64,000 nucleotides of DNA from Vulcanimicrobiota bacterium (GTDB taxonomy: Bacteria; Vulcanimicrobiota; Vulcanimicrobiia; Vulcanimicrobiales; Vulcanimicrobiaceae): assembly GCA_963695225.1 (NCBI GenBank), contig OY968762.1, positions 1,824,001 through 1,888,000 on the forward strand. Reading direction: 5' to 3'. The notes beneath the pieces were generated by a model. That model was not told the origin of the DNA and did no database searches. It saw only the letters and a program-made list of their open reading frames with translations. This document shows, one piece after another, positions 38,851 through 48,610 of the stretch. Every line of letters starts with the position of its first letter. Position 1 is the first letter of the stretch. Made by a program: the position numbers and the translations under genes.

Positions 38851-41800
38851 ATGGGACGCATCGCTCGGCTCGCCTTCATCGTGGCCTTGGTGGCGCTCGC
38901 GGCGGCGGCGGCCGGCGCGCAAGTCAGGCGCCCGTGGGTGATGCCGTGGTACGGCGGACCGCTGACGTTCACGCCGGATCACCGCGTCGTCGTCCCCGTC
39001 ATGGCGGACCGGCCGCGCGGCGTGACGGGGAAGCTCTTCGTGCTCGATCCCGCTCTCGCGCGCCGCACGGCGCTCGAGGCTCGCCCGCCCACGGCCGCCG
39101 AACTCGCCACGCTCGCACCGCTACGTTCCGTCGTGAGCGCGATCGACACGTCCGCCGCGGACGGGCGCGGGCACCGCATCGATCTCGGCTTCCTGCGCGC
39201 CGGGCGGTATGCGCTCGCGCTCGACGCGGACTCCGGCGGTCCGGCTTCGATCCAGACGATCGACGTGACGACGCTCGGGATCCTCGCGCACTGGACCGGG
39301 ACGCGGCTCGTCGCGTTCGCCGTCGACCTGCGGACGCTCCGCCGCCGCGGGGACGTGACGCTCGACGCCGGAACCGCCGACCGGCGGCAGACGGCGACCT
39401 TCGACCGCGACGGCCTCGTTTCGCTCCCGTTGCCGACGGGGACCTCGACGGGGAACGCGACGCTCTTCGCCCGCGCCTCCGACGGTTCGCTCGCGGCGGC
39501 GTCCGTGTGGAATCCCAACGTCACGACGCCGGCCGAGGTGGGCTTCGTCCAGACGGACCGGCCGATCTATCGCCCGGGGCAGACGATCTCCTATCGCGCG
39601 ATCCTCCGCTCCGGGGAGCCCGGCTCGTTCGCCCTCGGGCAGGGGAACCGCGCCGTCACGCTCGTCTCGCAGACGACCGGCGCGACGCTCGCGAAGGCCG
39701 AACGGCCGCTGACGGAATTCGGAACGGTCAACGGCGACCTGCGCCTCCCCGACGACGTGCCGCTCGGCCTCGTCCAACTTTCCGTCGGCGCCGCCTCGAC
39801 GACGTTCGCGGTCGAAGCGTACAAGAAGCCGGAGTACGTGCTCGACTTCGCTTCGGCGCAAGGCACGGTCGTGGGCGGGACTACCGCGCGCTACGCGCTC
39901 TCCGCGGCGTATCTGTTCGGGCGGCCGGCAGGCGGGATGACCGTGCACTATCGCGCCGTGCGCGAAACGATCTATCGCTGGTGGGGCGGCCCGTGGCGCT
40001 TCGCCGACTTCCATCCGTTCCCGCCGAACGTTCCGCCGGAAGTGCTCGGCGAAGGGACGCTGCAGACGGATCCGGCAGGGCGCGCCACGATCGAGATTCC
40101 GACGAAGCCGCTCGATTCCGAGGCGCGTCTCGTATTGCAGATCGATGCGCGCGACGATTCCGGGCGGACGGTCGGCACGCAAACGACGAGCGCGCTCGTC
40201 CCGGCCTCGTTCGCGCTGACGCTGCAGACGCCGGCAACCTTCGTGCGTCGCGGCGAGCCCGCCGAGCTTTCGCTCGCCGCGCGCGATTACGACGGCAAGC
40301 CGCGGGCGGGCGTCCCCATCGAGGTGACGTTCTCACGTCTCGGAATCGGAACGCCGGAGAACGAGCCTTCGCCGCAACCCGAACGCGCGACCGTCCGAAC
40401 CGACGAGAAGGGGAACGCCGTGCTGCATTGGCGCCCCACGGATCCCGGCTATTACACGATCGTCGCGAACGCGTTCGACGAAGCGGGGCGCCGCGTCGTC
40501 GCGCGCGGCTCGCTCTGGGTGACGGCCGAGGGCGTGGGGCCGGCCTATCGATTCGACTCGGTCGCGCTCGCCGGGCAGAAGGAGAGCTACGCTCCGGGTG
40601 AACGCGCGCGCCTGCTCGTGACCTCCCCCGTCGCACACGTCGACGCCCTGCTGTTGATCTCGAACGGGCGCGCGCTCCAAGCGCGTTCCGTGCACCTGGA
40701 AGACCCCGTCACCACGCTCGAAGTCGCGGCACCGCTCGACGCGGCGCAATACTCCGTCACGCTCGAGATTCCGACGGCGAGCGGCTCGCCGCTGACGGCG
40801 ACCGCACTCTTGAAGGTCGCTCCCGCCCCGCGCGAACTGCACGTCGCGCTCGCGCCGGGGAAAGCGCAGTACGCTCCGGGCGAACGCGCGCGCTTCGACG
40901 TCACCGTGCGCGACGGCGCGAACCATCCCGTCCGCGCCGAGATCGGCCTCGCGGTCGTCGACGAGGCGATCTTCGCGTTACGCCGCGCGAACGCACTCGA
41001 GCCCTACGACGCGTTCTACCGGCAGCCCGTGCAGCAGCCGTATCCGGCGGTCTCCTGGACGAACCTGAACGATCCGTACCCTGCGTATCCCGTCTCCCCG
41101 TTATTGTTCGAAGGCGTCGCGCGCACGCCGGCGGGGGCGGTGCACGCGGTGCTCAAGAGCGCGGCGCCGCCCGGTGCCGCGGCGAACGGCCTCGACTTCA
41201 CCGATCTGCGCAGCGACTTCCGCGATACCGCGTATTGGACGCCCGCGCTCGTGACCGGCAGCGACGGGCGCGGCCACGTCGAGTTCGCGTGGCCCGATTC
41301 GCTGACGACGTACGACGCGAACGCCGTCGCCGTCACGACTTCGACCGAGATCGGGAGCGGCTCCGCGAAGGCGCTCGTGACGAAGGACTTCTTGATCCGG
41401 CTCGAGGCGCCGCGCTTCTTGCGGCGCGGCGACCGGTCGGAAGCCGCCGTCATCGCGCACGGCGCTCCCGGCGCGTCTTCCGCGGCGGTACGCTTCGCCG
41501 CGCCCGCGCTCGGCGTCCCCGACGCGCGCGGCGAGATCGCTTTCGACGCGCTGCTCGGCGGAACGAAGCGCTTCGACGTGCGCGCGAACGATCTCGGTTT
41601 GGCGCTCTTGCAGGCGACGGCGACGAGCGGCGGCCTGCGCGACGGGATGGAAGTGCGCTTGCCCGTGGAAGCGGCGGGCGCCGCCGAGCACGAGCGCGCG
41701 GCGGGAAGCCTCCCGAACGATACGCGGCTCGACCTGCGCTTGCCGCCCGGCTACGAACCCGGCGATCTGCGCCTCGAACTCGCCCCGAGCATCGTCGCCT

Positions 41801-43290
41801 CGTTGATCCAGAACGTGCGCCTGCTCGACGTCTATCCGTACGGTTGCGTCGAGCAGACGATGTCGGCCGCGTTGCCGGCCGTCTTCGTGCAGCGCGTCGT
41901 CGAGCGCGCGAAGATCGCCGCGCCGGGCGACCTCAAACCTGCCGAGATCGTCCGCAAGGCGCTCCGGCGCCTCGCCGAACTGCAACATCCCGACGGCTCG
42001 TGGGGCTGGTGGGAGCACGATGCCGCGCATCCGTTCATGACCGCCTACGCGCTCTACGGCCTCGCTGAGATGCGCAAGAGCGGCTACGCGCCGGATCCCG
42101 GAATGACCGAGCGCGGCGTGGCCAGCCTCATCGCGCAGCTCGCCGCGTCGAACGACGATACGCTCGGGCTCTGGGGCGGCCGCCAACCCGGCTCGCAGTG
42201 GAACACGCGCGCGTTCATGCTCTTCGCGCTCGCCGACGTCGCGCCCGAACGCGTCGACCGCGCGTTGCTCGCGCAGACCGACGCGCAGGCGAGCGGCCTC
42301 AACTCGTACGCGCTCGCGACGCTCGGCCTCGCGCACGTCACGCTCGGCGACCGCGCCGGTGCGGAGCGCCTCCTATCCATGCTCGAAGCGCGCGCGAACG
42401 ACTCCGGCTCGTACGTCTGGTGGCGCGGCGAATCGTGGCATTACCGTTGGCAAGACGATCCCGTCGAAACGACCGCATACGCGTTGCGCTTGGAAGCCGC
42501 GGTGCACCCGAACTCCACGCGCGCGCAACGCGCGATCAATTGGTTGCGCGCCAAGCAGCGCGGATCGTGGTGGTACACGACGAAGGACACGGCCGCTGCC
42601 GTCTACGCGATCTCCGAAGCGATCGTCCTCGATCCGGCCGAGTTCGCGCCGAACGAAACCGTTCGCGTGCGCCTCGGCGACCGCGTCGTCAAGGAAGTTA
42701 CGATCTCGCGACCCGTCCTCGACGCCGCGGACGCGACGCTGACGATCCCCGCGGAGCTGCTCGCTTCGGGCGGAGCCGTGACGCTCGAGCGCAGCGGGTC
42801 GGGAAGCCTCTATTGGTCCTCGGATTGGACGCGCTACGCGCCGCCAAATCGGACGCGCATCGCCGATCTCGACGACGCCTCGTTGCGCGATCTCGGCGCT
42901 CCGAGCGAGAACGGCTTCACGATCGCGCGCACGTACCGCACGGCACACGACGGACCCTGGCGCGTCGGCGACGAGGTGACCGTCGACGTCGAAGTGCGCT
43001 CCGCGAGCGATGCGGAGTACGTGGCGATCGAAGATCCGTTCCCGGCCGGCCTCGAGTACCAGCCGCTGCAATACGAATCCGGCAACTCGTGGAGCGGCTT
43101 GCAATTCTTCGACGACCGCGCCGTGTTCTTCGCTACGAGCGTGTACGCGAACTATCCGCTCCATCTGCAATACCGTTTGCGCGTGACGACGCCCGGGTCG
43201 TACACGGCGGCGCCGCCGACCGCCTACGCGATGTACGGGCCGCCCCTCGCGGCAGCCGGCGCTGCAACACTCGTCACGATCGCTCGCTAG
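38851..43290 (+). CDS. Bacterial alpha-2-macroglobulin with thioester motif
   Basis: Signal peptide; QTDRPIYRPGQ, VEAYKKPEY, AVVDEAI, LRSDFRDTAYW, PDSLTT, YPYGCVEQT (CxEQ), QHPDGSWGWW, IEDPFPAG, AMY. ATG 38851. Confidence 0.92.
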   Translation: MGRIARLAFIVALVALAAAAAGAQVRRPWVMPWYGGPLTFTPDHRVVVPVMADRPRGVTGKLFVLDPALARRTALEARPPTAAELATLAPLRSVVSAIDTSAADGRGHRIDLGFLRAGRYALALDADSGGPASIQTIDVTTLGILAHWTGTRLVAFAVDLRTLRRRGDVTLDAGTADRRQTATFDRDGLVSLPLPTGTSTGNATLFARASDGSLAAASVWNPNVTTPAEVGFVQTDRPIYRPGQTISYRAILRSGEPGSFALGQGNRAVTLVSQTTGATLAKAERPLTEFGTVNGDLRLPDDVPLGLVQLSVGAASTTFAVEAYKKPEYVLDFASAQGTVVGGTTARYALSAAYLFGRPAGGMTVHYRAVRETIYRWWGGPWRFADFHPFPPNVPPEVLGEGTLQTDPAGRATIEIPTKPLDSEARLVLQIDARDDSGRTVGTQTTSALVPASFALTLQTPATFVRRGEPAELSLAARDYDGKPRAGVPIEVTFSRLGIGTPENEPSPQPERATVRTDEKGNAVLHWRPTDPGYYTIVANAFDEAGRRVVARGSLWVTAEGVGPAYRFDSVALAGQKESYAPGERARLLVTSPVAHVDALLLISNGRALQARSVHLEDPVTTLEVAAPLDAAQYSVTLEIPTASGSPLTATALLKVAPAPRELHVALAPGKAQYAPGERARFDVTVRDGANHPVRAEIGLAVVDEAIFALRRANALEPYDAFYRQPVQQPYPAVSWTNLNDPYPAYPVSPLLFEGVARTPAGAVHAVLKSAAPPGAAANGLDFTDLRSDFRDTAYWTPALVTGSDGRGHVEFAWPDSLTTYDANAVAVTTSTEIGSGSAKALVTKDFLIRLEAPRFLRRGDRSEAAVIAHGAPGASSAAVRFAAPALGVPDARGEIAFDALLGGTKRFDVRANDLGLALLQATATSGGLRDGMEVRLPVEAAGAAEHERAAGSLPNDTRLDLRLPPGYEPGDLRLELAPSIVASLIQNVRLLDVYPYGCVEQTMSAALPAVFVQRVVERAKIAAPGDLKPAEIVRKALRRLAELQHPDGSWGWWEHDAAHPFMTAYALYGLAEMRKSGYAPDPGMTERGVASLIAQLAASNDDTLGLWGGRQPGSQWNTRAFMLFALADVAPERVDRALLAQTDAQASGLNSYALATLGLAHVTLGDRAGAERLLSMLEARANDSGSYVWWRGESWHYRWQDDPVETTAYALRLEAAVHPNSTRAQRAINWLRAKQRGSWWYTTKDTAAAVYAISEAIVLDPAEFAPNETVRVRLGDRVVKEVTISRPVLDAADATLTIPAELLASGGAVTLERSGSGSLYWSSDWTRYAPPNRTRIADLDDASLRDLGAPSENGFTIARTYRTAHDGPWRVGDEVTVDVEVRSASDAEYVAIEDPFPAGLEYQPLQYESGNSWSGLQFFDDRAVFFATSVYANYPLHLQYRLRVTTPGSYTAAPPTAYAMYGPPLAAAGAATLVTIAR
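43213..43256 (+). repeat. Direct repeat, left copy (in the A2M 3' end)
   Basis: 43/44 identical to 50424-50467; 36-bp exact core cgcctacgcgatgtacgggccgcccctcgcggcagc. Confidence 0.92.
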
Positions 43291-43562
43291 GACCACGCAG
43301 GCGCATACGCGAGCGACGCGCCTTCATCCCATTCGGCAATCCGTTCACGCTCGCCGGAATAGATCTACTCCACCATCGCGACGACGACCGGCTCCTATAT
43401 AATGAATAACACGGCGCACGGCGGTGCCGGAGTCACGCTTGCCGATCGAGTGGGCACGAAAAAGCTTGCGCCAGCGTTGATCCAGCGGTGACGCCGTTGA
43501 TGGTCTTGCGCGACGTTAACACAGTGTGTACGCGGGATCGGCGTCACGTTTGACGCGGAAAT

Positions 43563-43578
43563 AGTGATGCCCATCACA
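43563..43578. promoter_or_regulatory. CRP-like box upstream of the S53 protease gene
   Basis: AGTGA-TGCCCA-TCACA matches TGTGA-N6-TCACA at 9/10; TAGTTT lies 23 nt downstream. Confidence 0.4.
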
Positions 43579-43597
43579 CGAGATTCAAGAGTGATAT

Positions 43598-43631
43598 CGG
43601 TTAGTTTGTCGCTGAACCGACAAACTATCCG
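43598..43631. promoter_or_regulatory. Perfect inverted repeat (operator or leader hairpin)
   Basis: TAGTTTGTCG-N6-CGACAAACTA (43602-43627), extendable by CGG/CCG. Confidence 0.5.
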
Positions 43632-43668
43632 CTTATTCGTGCGCCAATCTTATAGAGAGGTCGCTGCC

Positions 43669-44988
43669 TTGAATTTCTATCGCTCTATTCTTGTCCTGGT
43701 CGGAAGCCTAGCTCTCGTTCATTGCAGCGCCGGCGGAAACGGCTCGACTGTCCCTGTGACGCCCGCCGCGCCCGCGCAAGATTCGTCGGCGCAAGCAGCG
43801 TCGAGACCGCTCGCAAACGCGCTCAGCAATACGGCATTCTTGCCCGCATCGGCACAACGCACGCTAAGAAGGCCGCAATGCGGCACGGCCGCAAACTCCG
43901 CAGAGGCGGCCTGCATGGCGACCTTCGTGACGTATAACTACACGAGCAACGGCATCCAAGCCGTCTATGGTCTCGCACCAAACGATCTCGCAACGCTGTA
44001 CGCCTATCCTGCGCCGGGCGCCCAAGGTTGGCTCGGCAGCGGAACGACGATCGGGCTCGTCGTGGCGTACGATCACCCGAATCTCGCATCGGACCTCGCG
44101 GCCTACCGCTCGTTCTTCGGCCTCCCCCCCTGCACGGTTGCGAACGGCTGTCTCGTCATCGTGGGCGCGGCCGCCGGGACGTCGTCCCAGACGGTCGGCA
44201 CGAACTCGATCACGGCCTTCCCGACAACTGTAAGCGCCGACTGGCAGATCGAAGCGGACATCGATTCTCAAGCTGCTTCAGCCGTTTGCCCGAACTGCAG
44301 GCTCGTGATCGCCGAAGCGGCCTCGCCGAGTCTTTCCGATCTGGCGAACGCCGTCACCGCGGCGCAGAACGCGGGCGCGCACATCCTCAGCTATAGCTTC
44401 GGCGTCGCCGAATCAACGGCCGATCTCGCCTACGAGGCGAAGTTCGAAGGCGGAAGCAACGCGTTGGCCTTCGCGGCTGCGGGCGACGCCGGGTACGGCG
44501 TCAACTTTCCGGCATCCGCAACGAACGTCGCGGCCGTGGGCGGAACGACCGTCCGCGCCGTCGTGAACAGCGCCGTCGCGGAGACCGCCTGGTCCGGGAC
44601 GTCGAGCGGCTGCAGCCAAATCTTTGCGAAACCCGCGCAACAGCATGACTACGGATGCTCCAAACGCACGATGAACGACGTCGCCGCGGTAGCCGACCCT
44701 AATACCGGCATCGCGGTCTACGACGCGGCCGTCGGGGGCTCGAACAGGGGCTGGATCATCGCCGGCGGGACCAGCGTCGCAGCGCCGATCGTCGCCGCGA
44801 TGTTCGCGCTCTCGGGCGATAACCACCTGGGCCAGGGAGCGGCACGCTTCTATAACCACACTTGGAACTTCTACAACGTCACCTCGGGTAGCAACGGCTC
44901 CTGCGGCATCAGCTACCTGTGCACGGCTCAAAACGGCTTCAACGGACCGACCGGCATCGGCACGCCGAACGGCCTCTCGGGACTCTAG
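43669..44988 (+). CDS. Sedolisin-family (S53) protease, probable lipoprotein
   Basis: GAGAGG RBS then TTG 43669; LALVHC; EADID (Glu/Asp), AAGDAG, GGTSVAAP (Ser), GPTGIGTPN. Confidence 0.85.
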   Translation: MNFYRSILVLVGSLALVHCSAGGNGSTVPVTPAAPAQDSSAQAASRPLANALSNTAFLPASAQRTLRRPQCGTAANSAEAACMATFVTYNYTSNGIQAVYGLAPNDLATLYAYPAPGAQGWLGSGTTIGLVVAYDHPNLASDLAAYRSFFGLPPCTVANGCLVIVGAAAGTSSQTVGTNSITAFPTTVSADWQIEADIDSQAASAVCPNCRLVIAEAASPSLSDLANAVTAAQNAGAHILSYSFGVAESTADLAYEAKFEGGSNALAFAAAGDAGYGVNFPASATNVAAVGGTTVRAVVNSAVAETAWSGTSSGCSQIFAKPAQQHDYGCSKRTMNDVAAVADPNTGIAVYDAAVGGSNRGWIIAGGTSVAAPIVAAMFALSGDNHLGQGAARFYNHTWNFYNVTSGSNGSCGISYLCTAQNGFNGPTGIGTPNGLSGL

Positions 44989-45000
44989 TCGGAGCGCTGC

Positions 45001-47556
45001 ATGTTTCCCAATGGCGGCCCGCCTCTCTACGGCGGCGTCGATCGCCCGAGGCTAACCTCGCGCATCGCCGACGCAAGTACCTACCCCGTTGCTGTCCTCA
45101 CCGCCGAGGCCGGTATGGGGAAATCGACGGCCCTGCGCGCCTATCTCGCTGACCGTGAACCGGACGCCGTGCTCTTCGAGCTCCACGTCCGGCATGACTC
45201 GCCCGCTCGATTCGCCCGCGGACTCGCCGATGCCCTAGAACCGCGGCTCTCGACGATCGGGAACTCGCTGGCCCTCGCTCACGAGCGCTCGCTGCTCGTG
45301 GACGATCCCGCCGCGTTCCTCGGCGCGTGGCTCGCCGAGCACCTCGGCAGCCTCAGCGTTCCGATCGCGATCGACGGCCTTCACCACGCGCGTGACGGCG
45401 AGATCGGCCGGATGCTCGCCGCGGCGATCGACCGCACGCCGGGCGTCCGCTGGCTGTTGTGCGGCCGCACGCCCCGGCATCTGCCGCTCGCACTCTGGCT
45501 CGCGCACGGCACCTCTGCGCTACCGATCGACGCGCGTGCGTTCGCTCTAGCGCCGGACGAGGCGCAAGCGTTCGCGCTCCGCTATGCGCCGAACGTGCCT
45601 CCCGCGCTCGTCACTCGATTTGTCGCCGGGTCCGGCGGATCGCCGGCGACCCTACGCTACGCCCTCGCGACGGCGAACTTCTTCCCCGAGCGCGCAGAAG
45701 CGCTCGCGGCGAGCGACCTCTTCGGCGGCGCCCTCGTCGAGTGCACGCTCGACGCACTCGCGCCCGAGGAGATCGCGTTCCTCGAGCGCGCAGCGGGATT
45801 CCCCGATCTCGACCTGGAGCTTCTCAGCGCAGCGGGGCTCGCGGATGCTCGCGAGTACCTCTCGGCTCTACGCGAACGAATCCCGTTCGCCTTCGAGCAA
45901 CAGGGCGGTCATCTCCAGCTGGCCGCACACCTTTCGGCGGGCTTGCTGCGGCGGGCCGCAACGCGCAATCCCGCCTCGGCCGGCGCCGCGCGCCGCGAGC
46001 TCGGCCACGGATTCGAGCGCTCCGGGCGCATGACCGAGGCGCTCGCTACGTTCGCACAAGAACGCAGCGCGTCCGACATCCTACGCGGCGTCGCCGCGCA
46101 CGGCCTCGCTCTCGCAGAAGAAGGCCGCGGCGACGTCGTCGCCGATGCGCTCGCAGCGTTGGATCCCGCGGCGCAAATGAGCGATCCCGTCTCCGTGGCG
46201 CTCAAAGCGATGGCCGAATCGCGGCTTGGGCGCTACGAGATCGCGGAGGGCTGGTTCCAGCTGGCGATCGACCGCGCCGCCTCGCCGGACCTCCGCGCCG
46301 AGATCTCTCTCCAGCACGGCCAGCACTTGCTGCGCAGTTTCCGCCCCGAGGCCGTCGACGTGCTCGCGCCGCTCGCAGCCGACGCATCGCTAGAAGCCGA
46401 CGTGCGGACGTACGCTCTGGCCGCGCTCGGCCCTGCGCTCGTTGCGCGGGGCGAGCTCGACCGCGCTCGCAGGGCGGCAGACGAGGCGCTGCAGCGCGCG
46501 GCGCGCTCTGCAGCGAAGCGGCTCGCCGCGAAGGTGCACCATCAGGCGGCGTTCGTCGCGCTGTGCTCCGGCGAAGCCGAGCGCGCGAAGCGCCTGGCTG
46601 CTGCATCGCTCGAAGATGCGGCGCGCTACGGTTACTATGACATCGCAGCCGGGGCGCTGACCGTGCTCTACAACGTCGCCTCGGATGTCGACGATGAACC
46701 GTCCGAAGCGCTCGCGCACCTCGGATCGCTCGCCGTGTGCGCGGCGCGCTCCGGGTCCCTTGTCAGCCAGGTGGTGGCGCTACTCGGTAGTTACGAAATC
46801 GCCGTCGAGCGCGGCGATCTCGCGGCCGCCGAGCGCTACGAGAAGCGCGCTCGCGCGCTCGACGTCAAGCAGTTCGAACGGGCCGTCGCCGAAGCCCTCA
46901 TCCCGGCGCAAGCCCTGCGCTGCGCGTGGAACGGCGATTTCGCCGGAGCCTACGACGTCTCGGCGCACAGCGCGGACCTGCAATGGAGTGCCGATCGTCA
47001 AGCGCTCCGTTGGGCCGAGATCTCGCTCTACGCCGCGGCGTCCGGCGAGTACTCGGCAGAGGCGTTCGCGGCGATTGCAGCGGCGAACGGCTTCCTCGCC
47101 GGCGCCGGTCAAGCGAACGGCCGGACCCATCGCGCCCGGATCTTCCTCGCGCTCGCGCTGGCAATGCTCGGTGAGACCTCTCAGGCCGAAGCGATGTTCT
47201 CCGTAGTCGATGCGCTTGCGGCCGGGCTCTCGAAGCGCCTGCAATCGCTGCGCGCCCTCGCCGGCGCGGTTGCCCTGCGGCTTCGCGGCGAGCGCAACCA
47301 TGCGGCCCTGCTCGAAGCCGTAGCACGCATGAACGCCTGTGACTTCGGCGGGGTCGCTCGCATGATCGTTTCACTTCCGATAACCGTCTCGCCGGCGGAG
47401 CGGCTCGCGGCCCTCACCGACGACGAGCGCAGCGCCTTGCTCGAGTGGGCCCTGCGTCCGGGCCTCGAAGACACGCGCGTCTCCGCGATCCGGCGAAAGC
47501 TCGGAATCGGCGGCGGCGATAACGGACGCGCCTTCACCGCGAAGGAGCTCGTGTGA
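45001..47556 (+). CDS. MalT-like ATPase + TPR-like helical repeats + truncated LuxR-like tail
   Basis: VDRPRL, AEAGMGKST (Walker A), IAIDGLH, LLCGR, GSPATL, helical repeats; tail LTDDERSALL..TRVSAIRRKLGI. Confidence 0.8.
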   Translation: MFPNGGPPLYGGVDRPRLTSRIADASTYPVAVLTAEAGMGKSTALRAYLADREPDAVLFELHVRHDSPARFARGLADALEPRLSTIGNSLALAHERSLLVDDPAAFLGAWLAEHLGSLSVPIAIDGLHHARDGEIGRMLAAAIDRTPGVRWLLCGRTPRHLPLALWLAHGTSALPIDARAFALAPDEAQAFALRYAPNVPPALVTRFVAGSGGSPATLRYALATANFFPERAEALAASDLFGGALVECTLDALAPEEIAFLERAAGFPDLDLELLSAAGLADAREYLSALRERIPFAFEQQGGHLQLAAHLSAGLLRRAATRNPASAGAARRELGHGFERSGRMTEALATFAQERSASDILRGVAAHGLALAEEGRGDVVADALAALDPAAQMSDPVSVALKAMAESRLGRYEIAEGWFQLAIDRAASPDLRAEISLQHGQHLLRSFRPEAVDVLAPLAADASLEADVRTYALAALGPALVARGELDRARRAADEALQRAARSAAKRLAAKVHHQAAFVALCSGEAERAKRLAAASLEDAARYGYYDIAAGALTVLYNVASDVDDEPSEALAHLGSLAVCAARSGSLVSQVVALLGSYEIAVERGDLAAAERYEKRARALDVKQFERAVAEALIPAQALRCAWNGDFAGAYDVSAHSADLQWSADRQALRWAEISLYAAASGEYSAEAFAAIAAANGFLAGAGQANGRTHRARIFLALALAMLGETSQAEAMFSVVDALAAGLSKRLQSLRALAGAVALRLRGERNHAALLEAVARMNACDFGGVARMIVSLPITVSPAERLAALTDDERSALLEWALRPGLEDTRVSAIRRKLGIGGGDNGRAFTAKELV

Positions 47557-48599
47557 TGGTAGTACGACCGTCCGCCTTCCCGTTGCTCGTAGACCGTGAG
47601 GAACTCGCCGCGAAGGTTGCGGGCGCAACCGGCGGCAATCAGCGGCGGACGTTCGTGATCGACGCCGTCGCGGCGGAGTTCGTCGATCGTCTGCTGGCCT
47701 CTCGCGACGCCGGATCGTACATCGAGTTGCTCACCTGGATCGATCGGACGTGCCAGGCGCATCCGACCGTGAAGGAACTCGGGCCGCTGTTCGCCGGGGC
47801 TTGCCGCATCGTGAGCGAGTTCCTCGGAACGCACGGAGGAGCGTCCCTCAGCACGGTCGGCGAGCTGCAATCGCTCGAACAATCGATCGTGAGCATCGCG
47901 TTCAAATCCCGCGTGCAGCGGACGACCGAGGACGATGAGCTCAGCAACGTCGATCGGGCGATCAAGGAGTGCCTCGAGCGCATCGAAGCCCACGATCCTT
48001 GCGCGCTCGAACACGCTCACGCCGTCTCGGCCTGGTGCAGGCGCATCGCGCGCCGGCTCTCCCTGTCCGAGAGCGAAGTGACGTACAGCGCGCGGGCAGG
48101 GCTCATCCACGATATCGGCCTCACGAGCGTCTCGCTCGCGATCGTCAACGCGCCGCGGAAGCTTACGGACGAAGAATGGGAAGCGATCCGCGCTCACACG
48201 ACGCTCGGCGAGGAGATGACGGCCGTGCGAAGGGTCTTGCGCTCGTTTTCGCCGGTAGTGCGCTCGCATCATGAACGGCTCGATGGGCGCGGCTACCCGG
48301 ACGGCCTGGCGGGCTCCCAGATCAATCTCGCAACCCGCATCGTCAGCGTCGCCGACGCGTTCAACGCCATGGTCGCGAACCGCCCGTACCGTCTCCCGAA
48401 ATCGCCCTCGGAGGCGCTCCAAGAACTGTACGACTGCCGAGGCACGCAATTCGATCCGATCGTCGTCGAGGCGATGATCGAGGTCGTATCGCAATCCGAG
48501 CGTCCGTTACCGCGAGGCCCGAGCCTAGCCGGGCGAGCGCCCCGCGCGCCGGTGCCGCGTCACGTGGCCCGCGCATTCCACTCGGGCAGCGGCTCCTGA
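47553..48599 (+). CDS. HD-GYP domain phosphodiesterase
   Basis: EHAHAV, IHDIG, RAH, SHHERLDGRGYPDG, VADAFNAM, GTQFDP; AAGGAG RBS, overlaps the upstream stop. Confidence 0.9.
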   Translation: MMVVRPSAFPLLVDREELAAKVAGATGGNQRRTFVIDAVAAEFVDRLLASRDAGSYIELLTWIDRTCQAHPTVKELGPLFAGACRIVSEFLGTHGGASLSTVGELQSLEQSIVSIAFKSRVQRTTEDDELSNVDRAIKECLERIEAHDPCALEHAHAVSAWCRRIARRLSLSESEVTYSARAGLIHDIGLTSVSLAIVNAPRKLTDEEWEAIRAHTTLGEEMTAVRRVLRSFSPVVRSHHERLDGRGYPDGLAGSQINLATRIVSVADAFNAMVANRPYRLPKSPSEALQELYDCRGTQFDPIVVEAMIEVVSQSERPLPRGPSLAGRAPRAPVPRHVARAFHSGSGS

Positions 48600-48610
48600 C
48601 GAATCCGCAG

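Noticed and set aside
43425..43475. c-di-GMP-I riboswitch (GAGTGGGCACGAAAAAGC resembles part of the motif)
   Set aside because: There is no GGCAAAC/GAAA P2 stem and no matching P3.
43402..43491. 29-aa ORF MNNTAHGGAG... as a signalling peptide for the cassette
   Set aside because: It has no RBS, overlaps the TATAAT box and has no signal peptide features.
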